Shown here one piece after another: positions 8,449 to 18,433 of a DNA stretch of 64,000 bases. Every line of letters begins with the position of its first letter. Position 1 is the first letter of the stretch. A program made the translations under genes and the position numbers. The stretch lies in NCBI GenBank assembly GCA_963668315.1, contig OY764216.1, positions 3,232,001 through 3,296,000 on the forward strand, in the 5' to 3' direction. The notes beneath the pieces were generated by a model, which was not told where the DNA came from, made no database searches, and saw nothing but the letters and a program-made list of their open reading frames with translations. Source of the DNA: Spirochaetia bacterium. Its GTDB lineage: Bacteria; Spirochaetota; Spirochaetia; DSM-2461.

Positions 8449-10434
8449 GTGAAGGGAACGATGATTCATGAAGATCCTTATCTGTCCCCTTACCGGCACC
8501 AGCTTAAGGAAAGGTTCCATAGGCATTTTCACAAAAAAAAGGAATTAGCCGGAAAAGGCACCCTGGAGGAGTTCGCCAGGGGGTATGAGTGGTACGGAAT
8601 ACAGCGTAAGGCGGGGGGATGGACCCTCCGTGAGTGGCTCCCCCGGGCAACGGAGGTCTTTCTTCTATTCAACGGCAGCGGCTGGTCTCCCCTGAATGAG
8701 TGGCGCTTTTCCCGGCGTGAGAATTCGGAGGACTGGGAGCTTTTTGTATCCGACGAATTTCTTGCCCCCGGAGATCATCTGAAGCTTCTCGTGCGATGGG
8801 AAGGGGGGGAGGGTGTCCGGCTTCCCGCCTATACATTCCTTTCCCACCAGGACAGCAGGACCTATGAGTTTACCGCCCGGGCCTATGAAGCGGGGCATTT
8901 CGACTGGAAAATCAGGGATTTTCGCCCCTCCGCTCCGCTGCTTATCTATGAGACTCACATCGGAATGGCCCCCGAGGAGGGAAAGGTCGGTTCCTTTGAG
9001 GAGTTTCGCACCGATACCCTTCCGAGAATAATGAAAGCCGGCTATAACGCTGTGCAGATCATGGCTCTCATGGAACACCCCTATTACGGTTCCTTCGGGT
9101 ACCAGGTCTCCAGCTTTTTCGCTCTCTCAAGCCGCTTCGGGTCTCCGGAGAGTTTCAAAAGGCTGGTGGATGAGTGTCACGAAAAGGGTCTCGCGGTGAT
9201 AATGGATCTTGTCCATAGCCACGGGGTGAAAAACCAGATTGAAGGTTTAAGCCATCAGGACGGAACGGAATACGCCTATTTCCATTCCGGCCCCCGGGGC
9301 AACCACCCCGCCTGGGATTCCCGCTGTTTTGACTACGGGAAAAATCAGGTTCTTCATTTCCTCCTGTCCAACTGCGCCTGGTGGCTGAAAGAGTATAATC
9401 TGGACGGATTTCGTTTCGACGGCGTGACCAGCATGCTCTACTATGACCACGGGCTGGGCAACTGCTTTGATCATTATGACAAGTATTTCGGGGGCAATGT
9501 GGACGGGGAGGCTATCACCTACCTCTCCCTGGCCAACGAGCTTATCCACGAAATTAAACCCGGGGCTCTGACCATCGCGGAAGATATGAGCGGAATGCCC
9601 GGCATGGCCCGACCCCTGGAGGTGGGAGGTATCGGCTTTGATTACCGCCTGACCATGGGAATTCCCGATTACTGGATAAAGCTGCTCAAGGAGAAGGATG
9701 ACAAGTTCTGGAATGTCGATGAGCTCTGGGGCACCCTGAACAACCGGAGGTTCACCGAGAAGCACATAGCCTATGCCGAAAGCCACGACCAGGCTCTGGT
9801 GGGGGATAAGACCATAGCCTTCCGGCTGATGGACGCCGAAATGTATACCCATATGTCAAAGGATACCCCTTCCCTTGTCATTGACAGGGGAATGGCCCTG
9901 CATAAGATGATCCGTCTCCTGACCTTCTCTCTGGGGGGAGACGGCTACATGAATTTCATGGGTAACGAATTCGGCCATCCCGAATGGATCGATTTCCCCC
10001 GGGAGGGGAACGGCTGGAGCTACCACTACGCCAGAAGGCAGTGGTCTCTTGCTGAAAATGACTTCCTCCGCTACTCCCAGCTGGGTGCTTTCGACCGGAA
10101 CATGGTCTCCCTCTGCGCCCCCTCCCTCACGGATAAATATGCGAAAAAAGTGTTGAGTCATGTATCCGATCAGGTCCTGGTCTACACAAGGGGACCGCTT
10201 TTGTATATATTTAACTTGAGTCCGGAACGATCCTATCCGGATTACGCCGTGTATCCCGAAGAGGGGCGTTATCGTCTGGTCCTATCAACCGACGACGAAC
10301 AGTACGGCGGCTGGAACAGGATTCCCGGGGATTTGCAATTTGAGATAAGGATAAGGTCGGAAGGAGCGGTTCTTTACCTTCCCGCTCGTACGGCTCAGGT
10401 TTTTATAAATGACAAGGGAACTGAAGACAGATAG
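8449..10434 (+). CDS. glgB: 1,4-alpha-glucan branching enzyme (eukaryote/Bacteroidetes-like GH13_8 type)
   Basis: EHPYYGSFGYQV, GFRFDGVTSM, AEDMSG, YAESHDQALVGDKT and NFMGNEFGHPEWIDFPR motifs. Confidence 0.93.
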   Translation: MKGTMIHEDPYLSPYRHQLKERFHRHFHKKKELAGKGTLEEFARGYEWYGIQRKAGGWTLREWLPRATEVFLLFNGSGWSPLNEWRFSRRENSEDWELFVSDEFLAPGDHLKLLVRWEGGEGVRLPAYTFLSHQDSRTYEFTARAYEAGHFDWKIRDFRPSAPLLIYETHIGMAPEEGKVGSFEEFRTDTLPRIMKAGYNAVQIMALMEHPYYGSFGYQVSSFFALSSRFGSPESFKRLVDECHEKGLAVIMDLVHSHGVKNQIEGLSHQDGTEYAYFHSGPRGNHPAWDSRCFDYGKNQVLHFLLSNCAWWLKEYNLDGFRFDGVTSMLYYDHGLGNCFDHYDKYFGGNVDGEAITYLSLANELIHEIKPGALTIAEDMSGMPGMARPLEVGGIGFDYRLTMGIPDYWIKLLKEKDDKFWNVDELWGTLNNRRFTEKHIAYAESHDQALVGDKTIAFRLMDAEMYTHMSKDTPSLVIDRGMALHKMIRLLTFSLGGDGYMNFMGNEFGHPEWIDFPREGNGWSYHYARRQWSLAENDFLRYSQLGAFDRNMVSLCAPSLTDKYAKKVLSHVSDQVLVYTRGPLLYIFNLSPERSYPDYAVYPEEGRYRLVLSTDDEQYGGWNRIPGDLQFEIRIRSEGAVLYLPARTAQVFINDKGTEDR

Positions 10435-12361
10435 GGAATGGCTTGAAACGAACGGTATGGGCGGATTCGCTTCGTCCACCGAGGGGGACTGCCCCACAAG
10501 GAAGTATCACGGACTTCTGGTAACGCCCCTGGAAGGGCAGGAAGGGCGCTTCATGCTTCTGAATGAGGCGCAGATGATTCTTGATGAGGCCGACGGCCTG
10601 GCTCTGGGGAGCTTTCACTATCCCGGCGCTGTTCATCCCCGGGGGTATCTCTATCTGGAGTCATTCAGCCCCGACCCCTTTCCCACATGGATCTACGCCA
10701 AAGACGGGTACCGCATCAAAAAGGAGATCTTCATGCGCCAGGGAGATCCGGCGGTTTATGCGGCATGGACGCTTCTGGACCAGCCTGGTGGACCCGTTCT
10801 GCGCGGGGTAAAGGCGCGTATTCGCCTGCTCTGCACATTCAGGAACAGCCACCACCTGGCCAGTGAAAACGAAGATCTTTTCGATGAGGTGACGCCCGTA
10901 CCCCAGGGGTTTTCCATCAGTCCCTACTATGGTCTTCCCTTCCTGTGCTTTCAATTTTCCGAGGAGTTTAACCGGGAAGGGGAATTTTACTGGGACAGGA
11001 ATATCCAGTATCCTATGGAGAGGAGAAGGGGATTCGACTTTACCGAGGACCGCTTCGTTCCCGGTGACGTTACCTTGACCCTGAACCGTGATATCCCCTT
11101 TATTATGCAGGCCTCACTCAGCGCCCAGGACGATAAGGTTCAGGCTCTTCTTCTCAATAATTACAATGATGAGATTAAATCGCGGCGCAAGAGACTGCGC
11201 AGAGCCAAGACTCCCTGGAAGCGGCTGGAAGAGCAGTCCCGCCATTTTCTGGTGACCAACGGTGCGGGTCTGCTCTCCGTCGTGGCCGGTTATCCCTGGT
11301 TCGGCGAATGGGGCAGGGATACGATGATCGCCCTTCCCGGGCTCCTTTTCGCCACTCAGCCCGAGAAAGGGGCCCAGGTCCTCTGCGACTACGCCGCCCA
11401 TATAGAGAAAGGCCTGATCCCGAATACTCTGGGAGAGATGCAGGGGTTTACCTCCTATAACTCCCTGGACGGAAGCCTGCTCTATCTGCGGGCACTGGCC
11501 CTTCTCATGAAGGAAGGATTCGGGGAAAAGTCCGTGGAGAGGGACGTTCTGAAAAACGAGCTGTTCCCGGCGGTAAAAAAAATTGTCGACGCGTTTCTGG
11601 AGGGCAAGGTTCCCATGGCCCGTCTCACCGAAGAGGGGCTTCTCGAGGCCGGTTCGGAAAGGACGCAGTTAACCTGGATGGATGCCATGGTCGACGGTAA
11701 ACCGGTGACGCCGCGCCACGGGCTGGCCGTTGACCTCAACGCGCTCTGGTACGCCGGTCTCCGCCTCTACCAGGATATGTGCAGAACTTTCAGAAAGCCC
11801 TTTCCCCGCAAGGCCAGGCAGATACTGGAAAAGTTCCCCCTCCATTTCATGGATACCTTCTACCTGCCCGAATCGGGGTATCTGACCGATACGGTTTGCT
11901 ACGGCAGGCCCGACGGGAAACTCAGGCCCAATATGCTGTTCGCCACGGCCCTGGGACTTCTCCCCGAAAAGGAAGGGAAAGAGGTGGTGGCCATGGCCAG
12001 GAAATATCTGCTCACTCCCCTGGGAATGAGAACCCTGTCGCCCGGGGACCCCCAGTTCGCCCCTGTTTACGAAGGCGGCGGAGAGGAGAGGGACAGTGTA
12101 TACCACCAGGGAACGGTCTGGCCCTGGCCCCTCGGCATCATGATCGAATCCGCCCTGGCCTATAGTGAAGACAGGGACAAGGAAAAACTGTATTGGAAAG
12201 AGTATCTTGATAACTTTTTGGCTATTCATCTGGATCATCAGGGGATAGATTCCGTATCCGAAGTCTTCGATGGATTAAATCCCCTCGAAGGAAAAGGCTG
12301 TTTCGCCCAGGCATGGAGCGTGGGCGAACTATTGCGTTCATGGAGAATGATAAATGGATAA
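10409..12361 (+). CDS. Amylo-alpha-1,6-glucosidase (GDE_N + GDE_C, GH133)
   Basis: EWLETNGMGG, AGYPWFGEWGRDTMIALPG, TWMDA, YHQGTVWPW and QAWSVGE motifs. Confidence 0.92.
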   Translation: MTRELKTDREWLETNGMGGFASSTEGDCPTRKYHGLLVTPLEGQEGRFMLLNEAQMILDEADGLALGSFHYPGAVHPRGYLYLESFSPDPFPTWIYAKDGYRIKKEIFMRQGDPAVYAAWTLLDQPGGPVLRGVKARIRLLCTFRNSHHLASENEDLFDEVTPVPQGFSISPYYGLPFLCFQFSEEFNREGEFYWDRNIQYPMERRRGFDFTEDRFVPGDVTLTLNRDIPFIMQASLSAQDDKVQALLLNNYNDEIKSRRKRLRRAKTPWKRLEEQSRHFLVTNGAGLLSVVAGYPWFGEWGRDTMIALPGLLFATQPEKGAQVLCDYAAHIEKGLIPNTLGEMQGFTSYNSLDGSLLYLRALALLMKEGFGEKSVERDVLKNELFPAVKKIVDAFLEGKVPMARLTEEGLLEAGSERTQLTWMDAMVDGKPVTPRHGLAVDLNALWYAGLRLYQDMCRTFRKPFPRKARQILEKFPLHFMDTFYLPESGYLTDTVCYGRPDGKLRPNMLFATALGLLPEKEGKEVVAMARKYLLTPLGMRTLSPGDPQFAPVYEGGGEERDSVYHQGTVWPWPLGIMIESALAYSEDRDKEKLYWKEYLDNFLAIHLDHQGIDSVSEVFDGLNPLEGKGCFAQAWSVGELLRSWRMING

Positions 12362-14810
12362 GAAGCAGGAAGGAATGAGCGGTAAGGACAGTATTATTAA
12401 GGCCTATTGCTCGCATATGAAGTATAACCTGTCCATGGGAGTGGAAGAGTGCGACGACATCGATAAATATATATCCCTGGCCTATGCTGTCAGAGACAGA
12501 ATTATAGACCGCTGGTTTGAGACGAGAACAAAAGACAAAGAGGAGAAGGGGAAATCGGTTAACTATTTTTCCTTCGAATTCCTCATGGGCCGTGCCCTGA
12601 CCAATAACATGATCAATCTGGGCATAGCCGATGATGTCTTTCAGGCCCTGCCCGAACTGGGGATCGACTGGCAGGAGCTCCAGGATGCCATAAAGGACAG
12701 CGGCCTGGGAAACGGCGGCCTGGGAAGGCTGGCCGCCTGTTTTCTCGACTCCCTTGCTACTCTGGGATATCCGGCTTACGGCTACGGTCTCCGGTATAAG
12801 TACGGTTTTTTCAAGCAGGATATTCAGAACGGCTACCAGGTGGAAGAGGCGGACGACTGGCTCAGAAACGGTAACCCCTGGGAGATCAAGCGCTACGATC
12901 TGGGCGTAACCGTGAAATTCGGCGGCCGGGTGGCGCGGAACAAAATGGGCCGGAGCTTTTGGGTGGAGACGGAGAAGGTGGCGGGCGTGCCCTATGATAC
13001 CCCCGTCGTCGGCTACGGCGGAGACCGGGTTAATACTCTTCGCCTCTGGGATGCCCGCAGCGTGGAGGATTTCGATTTTCAGGATTTCAACAAGGGAAAT
13101 TACGACGCCTCCATTGATGACAGGGTGAAGGCGGAAACCCTGACCATGGTCCTCTATCCGAATGATGAGATCAGCGAAGGGGTGGAGCTGAGGTTCAAGC
13201 AGCAGTATTTCTTCGTCAGCTGTTCCCTGCAGGATATCTTCAGAAGGTTCAAAGCCATGGATCTTCCCCTGGACCAGTTCCCCGAAAAAATGGCTGTCCA
13301 GCTGAACGACACCCATCCGGCCATCGCCGTGGCCGAGCTCATGCGTCTTCTGATTGATATTGAGCAGCTTGAGTGGGAGGAAGCCTGGGACATCACGATA
13401 AGGACCATGGGGTACACCAACCATACCCTGATGCCCGAAGCTCTGGAGACCTGGTCGGTGGAGCTTTTCGAGAAATTCCTGCCCCGCCATCTGGAAATCA
13501 TCTATCAGATAAATCATTTCTTCATGCAGGATGTGGCGGGAAGTTTCCCCGGGGATTTCGATAAGATGGAAAGACTCAGCCTTATTTCGGAAAAGGGAGG
13601 AAAAAGGGTCAGGATGGCCCATCTGGCTATTCTCGGTTCCCACTCCGTAAACGGCGTGGCGGCCCTGCACTCCCGGCTGATCAAGGAGAATCTTGTCCCC
13701 GACTTCTACGGATATTTTCCCGAAAGGTTCAATAACAAGACGAACGGCATAACCCAGAGAAGATGGCTTTTGAAATCGAACAAACCCCTGGCCGATCTGA
13801 TTACCGGTGCCATCGGTGATAAATGGATTACCGATCTTTACGAGCTCCAGCGTTTGAAAGATTATAAGAATGACGAGGGCTTTCTCGAGGAACTGAGAAA
13901 GGTCAAGAGGGCGGGCAAGGAGACACTGGCCGTACACTGCAAGAGACAGTTCGATATTACTTTGGATCCGGACACCCTTTTCGATGTCCAGGTTAAACGA
14001 ATCCATGAGTACAAAAGGCAGCTTCTCAACCTGCTTCACGTGGTCGCCCTCTATAACCGGATACGCCAGGGTGAGGAGATCCAGCCCAGGACCGTTATTT
14101 TCAGCGGAAAAGCGGCTCCGGGATACTTCATGGCTAAACTGATAATCAAGCTGATCAATAATGTGGCCTCCGTGATTAACGGTGACAAAAAAGCCCGCCA
14201 GATGCTGCACATGCATTTTCTTCCCAATTATTCCGTCTCTCTGGCCGAGATGATTTTTCCTGCCGCCGATCTCTCCGAACAGATATCCACTGCGGGAACC
14301 GAGGCTTCCGGTACGGGAAATATGAAGTTCATACTCAACGGAGCGCTCACCATGGGAACTCTTGACGGAGCGAATATAGAGATTCTGGAGGAAGTCGGCC
14401 AGGAGAATATGTTCATATTCGGCCTGAAAGCCCATGAGGTGGAAGGATTGAAGGGCCATTATGATCCGATGGAGTATCTCCTTGAAAGCCATGAATTGAA
14501 AAGCGCCATGGAGCTCATAAACAGTAACTATTTCAATATCAGCGAGCGGGGGATATTCAAGCCCCTGACCGACAATCTGATGAATCATGACTACTATATG
14601 CACTTTGCCGATTTCGCTTCCTACGCCGAAGCCCAGAGAAAGGCCGAGGCCTATTACAGGGACAAGGACAGCTGGACCCGTTCCTCCCTTATGAATATCG
14701 CCGGATCGGGAAAATTTTCTTCCGACCGGACCATTCGGGAATACGCCGAGCAGATATGGAAAATCCAGTCCTGTCCCGTGGGGAAAGGTAAGGTGAATGG
14801 GAATTCCTGA
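12354..14810 (+). CDS. glgP: Glycogen phosphorylase
   Basis: GLGNGGLGRLAACF, QLNDTHP, KRIHEYKRQ and the EASGTGNMK PLP-lysine motif. Confidence 0.97.
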   Translation: MDKKQEGMSGKDSIIKAYCSHMKYNLSMGVEECDDIDKYISLAYAVRDRIIDRWFETRTKDKEEKGKSVNYFSFEFLMGRALTNNMINLGIADDVFQALPELGIDWQELQDAIKDSGLGNGGLGRLAACFLDSLATLGYPAYGYGLRYKYGFFKQDIQNGYQVEEADDWLRNGNPWEIKRYDLGVTVKFGGRVARNKMGRSFWVETEKVAGVPYDTPVVGYGGDRVNTLRLWDARSVEDFDFQDFNKGNYDASIDDRVKAETLTMVLYPNDEISEGVELRFKQQYFFVSCSLQDIFRRFKAMDLPLDQFPEKMAVQLNDTHPAIAVAELMRLLIDIEQLEWEEAWDITIRTMGYTNHTLMPEALETWSVELFEKFLPRHLEIIYQINHFFMQDVAGSFPGDFDKMERLSLISEKGGKRVRMAHLAILGSHSVNGVAALHSRLIKENLVPDFYGYFPERFNNKTNGITQRRWLLKSNKPLADLITGAIGDKWITDLYELQRLKDYKNDEGFLEELRKVKRAGKETLAVHCKRQFDITLDPDTLFDVQVKRIHEYKRQLLNLLHVVALYNRIRQGEEIQPRTVIFSGKAAPGYFMAKLIIKLINNVASVINGDKKARQMLHMHFLPNYSVSLAEMIFPAADLSEQISTAGTEASGTGNMKFILNGALTMGTLDGANIEILEEVGQENMFIFGLKAHEVEGLKGHYDPMEYLLESHELKSAMELINSNYFNISERGIFKPLTDNLMNHDYYMHFADFASYAEAQRKAEAYYRDKDSWTRSSLMNIAGSGKFSSDRTIREYAEQIWKIQSCPVGKGKVNGNS

Positions 14811-16407
14811 CAGAAAAGCCTTACAGCCCTTTACCGCCGTCCTGTGGGGGGATGAGGAAGAGCAGAAGCGTCTTCCCACGGAAAAGCTGACCCGCCTGGA
14901 AGGAAATCGATCGTACCGAATCCGTGTCGACGTCAATCACTCTCTGTCCAGCCGCGTCTTTCTTTCGGGGAATTTGGAGGGAGAAGAGTTCAAAAGCTAC
15001 CCCATGACCCAGTGCCAGGACAATAGGAACTGCTGGGTCTATGAAGGTATGTTTCCCGTGGGAGGTTTTCTTTCCCTGACCTTTTTCATGGAAAATGACG
15101 AAGGACGGTTCTGGGACCCCTGCGGCTACAGGAATATTCTGGTTGATCCTCCCCTGATGAATAATCTGCGCATGTACTCCTTTATTCCGGGAGTCTCGGG
15201 ACGCTATACTCACTGGATTAAAGACCTGGATCATATCCGGGAGATGGGATTCAATGCGATTCATCTTCTGCCCCTGACCGAGATGGGTTACACCAGGAGT
15301 CCCTACGCGGCAAAGGACCTTTTTTCCATAGACGAATCCTACGGTACGGAAGAGGAGTTCGAGCGCTTTGTCAACGCCTGTATAGAGAAGGAAATCGCCC
15401 TCTGCTTTGACGTCGTTCTAAACCACGTCAGCTGTGATTCCAGGATGGCCCTGACGAAAGCCAACTGGATAAAGGGAGATCTCCGCCGCCGCGACGGAAT
15501 GAAGCGGGCAGGCTGCTGGCATGAAGGGCAGTGGATCTCATGGGAGGAGCTTGTCCTTATCGATTACCAGCATCCCGATCCCCGCACCAGGCGGGAGATT
15601 TGGGACTCCATGAGGGACTACCTTTTCCACTGGGCTTCTCTGGCCGAGAAAACCGGAGGATTCATCCGCCTGGATAATCTCCACTCCTCCCATCAGGGTT
15701 TTATCCATAAAGTCCTGAGGGAGTTGCGCTATGCATATCCCCGGGTGGGCATTTTTTCCGAGTTTTTCCACTCCCTGGAAGAGCTGCACCGGGGCGTTAG
15801 TGAATGGGGCCTCAACCTGCTCCTGGCAAACAGCTGGGAATACCCCTTTGTTCCCCAGCTCATAGGATATCTCAAGGAGATCCACTCCTCTGCGGAATTG
15901 CGCTTTCTGCTGATGCCCACCACCCACGACACGGAAAGTGTCACACGATTATTCGGCGATCCCCGTTCCCTCATTCCCCGCTATTTTGTCTGCGCTCTCA
16001 TGGGAACCGGTCAGGCGGGTCTTATGATGGGCACCGAGTGGGGCGAACCGGAAAAAATCGATTTTATCAACCGTTCCGGGAGAATGCAGTTCAACCGGGC
16101 CTGGGATTTTTCCGAGACCCTGGGAAAGATCAACAAGCTGCACAGGGAGGTCCCCCTATTCCATAAAACGGGAAATATCGAGTTTCTCCCCACCACGACG
16201 GACAGCCTTATCGTCTGCCGCAGGGAAGGAGACGGGAGCAGAAGAAAATTTCTGCTGGCGGCGAATTTTGATATTTATAATGAAAGGGAATTCCACTATA
16301 ATGAACGCGTTGAGGTAATCATGGAAGCCGGGGGCCGTCTCGAAGGAAAAGAGTGGGGCTCCCGTATCATCCTCTCCCCCTGCGGAGTGGTCGTACTTGA
16401 AATTTGA
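14797..16407 (+). CDS. GH13 enzyme resembling the 4-alpha-glucanotransferase domain of eukaryotic glycogen debranching enzyme
   Basis: GFNAIHLLP, SPY, DVVLNH, IRLDNLHSS, SEFF and TTHDTE motifs. Confidence 0.7.
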   Translation: MGIPDRKALQPFTAVLWGDEEEQKRLPTEKLTRLEGNRSYRIRVDVNHSLSSRVFLSGNLEGEEFKSYPMTQCQDNRNCWVYEGMFPVGGFLSLTFFMENDEGRFWDPCGYRNILVDPPLMNNLRMYSFIPGVSGRYTHWIKDLDHIREMGFNAIHLLPLTEMGYTRSPYAAKDLFSIDESYGTEEEFERFVNACIEKEIALCFDVVLNHVSCDSRMALTKANWIKGDLRRRDGMKRAGCWHEGQWISWEELVLIDYQHPDPRTRREIWDSMRDYLFHWASLAEKTGGFIRLDNLHSSHQGFIHKVLRELRYAYPRVGIFSEFFHSLEELHRGVSEWGLNLLLANSWEYPFVPQLIGYLKEIHSSAELRFLLMPTTHDTESVTRLFGDPRSLIPRYFVCALMGTGQAGLMMGTEWGEPEKIDFINRSGRMQFNRAWDFSETLGKINKLHREVPLFHKTGNIEFLPTTTDSLIVCRREGDGSRRKFLLAANFDIYNEREFHYNERVEVIMEAGGRLEGKEWGSRIILSPCGVVVLEI

Positions 16408-16418
16408 AAGGAGATGGC

Positions 16419-17909
16419 ATGAATAAAAAGAAGATTCTCATGGTAACCAGTGAAACGGTTCCCTTCGCAAAAACCGGAGGATTGGCCGACGTGGTCAGCG
16501 CTCTGGCCCTCGAACTGTCACGGAGGGGACATGATGTGCGAATTCTTCTGCCCCGCTATTACCGGATAGACCGGAACAAGCTGAAGCTTCACCATGAGCC
16601 TCTGTCCATTTGGATAGACGGAAAGGAGGAGTGGACCGCTGTCTACGAGGGCACACTGAGCGATGAGGATACCTCCTGCCCCGTCTATTTCCTTGACCAT
16701 GAGATCTATTACGGAAGGGACGGTATTTACGGTCCCCGCCTGGACGAGGGCTTTGAAGATAATGCCGCCCGTTACGCTCTTCTCTGCCGGGGAGCCTTTC
16801 AGTTATGCCGTATGCTCCACTGGAACCCCGATGTTTTTCATTGCCATGACTGGGCCGCCGCCCCAGTCTGCTACCTTCTGCAGAGGGAAGAGGTCCACCG
16901 GGAATTTTCCCGGTCCGTTGGAGTTCTGACAATTCACAATCTGGGGTACCAGGGAATATTCGCCCTGGAGGACGCCCGCTATATTCAGAAGGAGATGGAC
17001 AGTTACCAGCTCTCCACTCTCGAATTTGAAGGGGATTTGAATTATCTGAAGGCGGGCATCATGAGCGCCCACAAGATAACGACCGTTTCTCCGACCTACG
17101 CGCAGGAGATCCAGGGGGATGAGCAGGGCTTTCGCCTGAACGGCCTTCTTCACTACCGCCGGGAGGATCTGACGGGTATCCTGAACGGGATTGATTACTC
17201 TGTGTGGAGCCCGAAAACCGATCCCTATATCGAAGGATATAATTTCACCGCCGACAATATCAAGCCTAAGGCGGCCCTGAAAAAGTCGCTTCAGAAGGAA
17301 ATGGGGCTGCCCGTTGACAGCAAAACGCCCCTCGTCGGTATCATAACGCGCCTCGTCGACCAGAAGGGTATACAGGAACTTTTTTCCCCGGTGAAGGGGG
17401 CTCTCTATAATATATGCCATGATATGGACGTGCAGTTCGTTATTCTGGGATCGGGAGATTACTGGTGCGAGGAGGAGCTCAACCGGCTGTCGGATAAACT
17501 ACCCAACCTCTCCGTCTATATAGGGTATAACAACGAGCTGGCCCATAGAATTGAAGGGGGAAGTGATTTCTTCCTCATGCCCAGCCGCTATGAACCCTGC
17601 GGCCTGAATCAGATCTATTCCCTGTCCTACGGTACTCTTCCCATTGTTCGTGCCACCGGAGGTCTTGCCGACACGGTGGAGAATTATGATCAGGAGACCG
17701 GTTCGGGAACGGGTTTTGTTTTCAACGATCTCTATCCCGAAGTCCTTTACAGCGTTATGCAGTGGGTCTGTGAAACCTGGTACGAGAGGCGTCCCCATAT
17801 CCGTAAAATGCGAAAGCAGGCCATGGAAAAGAGCTTTACCTGGAACAGGGCGGCTGAGGGTTATGAGGGGATCTATGAAAGCGCCTTGGAAAAAATGACG
17901 GGAAAATAG
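16419..17909 (+). CDS. glgA: Glycogen synthase (GT5)
   Basis: KTGGLADV, HCHDW and PSRYEPCGLNQ motifs; ATG 16419 follows AAGGAG. Confidence 0.96.
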   Translation: MNKKKILMVTSETVPFAKTGGLADVVSALALELSRRGHDVRILLPRYYRIDRNKLKLHHEPLSIWIDGKEEWTAVYEGTLSDEDTSCPVYFLDHEIYYGRDGIYGPRLDEGFEDNAARYALLCRGAFQLCRMLHWNPDVFHCHDWAAAPVCYLLQREEVHREFSRSVGVLTIHNLGYQGIFALEDARYIQKEMDSYQLSTLEFEGDLNYLKAGIMSAHKITTVSPTYAQEIQGDEQGFRLNGLLHYRREDLTGILNGIDYSVWSPKTDPYIEGYNFTADNIKPKAALKKSLQKEMGLPVDSKTPLVGIITRLVDQKGIQELFSPVKGALYNICHDMDVQFVILGSGDYWCEEELNRLSDKLPNLSVYIGYNNELAHRIEGGSDFFLMPSRYEPCGLNQIYSLSYGTLPIVRATGGLADTVENYDQETGSGTGFVFNDLYPEVLYSVMQWVCETWYERRPHIRKMRKQAMEKSFTWNRAAEGYEGIYESALEKMTGK

Positions 17910-17941
17910 AAAATACGGAATAATGAGGCTATAATTTTTCC

Positions 17942-18430
17942 ATGAAAAAGAAAGAGACGAAGGAAAGCGGCCTCAGGAAGGAGATCACGGATCTCTTGGC
18001 TCAGATAGACGAAGAGGGACTCCTTTTTTTAAAGCAGCAGGCTTCCACTATCATCTATAATACTACCGTTATGGAAATGAACAGGAAAAACCAGGAAAGC
18101 CTTCTGGAGAATTATGAAGAGAAAGGGAAAAAAACGTCAAAGAGCGGCACGGGAGTAAAAAAGAAGAAAGAAGAATCCGTGTATGTCGATATGTCCGGTA
18201 AGGCCAAGGGGTACGGTAATGTCGTATGCGGCAACATAAGAGTCTTCTTTACCCTGGATGAAATCGGAGATATGGTGTACATAGCGGAAAAATCCGCTTC
18301 ATCCGGTGACGGAGGCCTGCTTCTTTACCGCTGGCTTAAGAAGGAGAGGGGAGATTTCCTCGTGGATAACGGTATTAAAAGTTATCCCTCTCCGGTCATT
18401 GACGCCCTGGCGGCTTATCTGGCCAAGTAG
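17942..18430 (+). CDS. Hypothetical protein
   Basis: 162-aa ORF filling the gap; TATAAT 6 nt before the ATG. Confidence 0.7.
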   Translation: MKKKETKESGLRKEITDLLAQIDEEGLLFLKQQASTIIYNTTVMEMNRKNQESLLENYEEKGKKTSKSGTGVKKKKEESVYVDMSGKAKGYGNVVCGNIRVFFTLDEIGDMVYIAEKSASSGDGGLLLYRWLKKERGDFLVDNGIKSYPSPVIDALAAYLAK

Positions 18431-18433
18431 GAA

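Noticed and set aside
12222..14936. 904-aa minus-strand ORF and many similar long antisense ORFs (e.g. 637..1476, 7397..8419, 44277..45242, 48776..49750)
   Set aside because: Shadows of well-supported genes on the opposite strand in GC-rich DNA; no recognisable motifs
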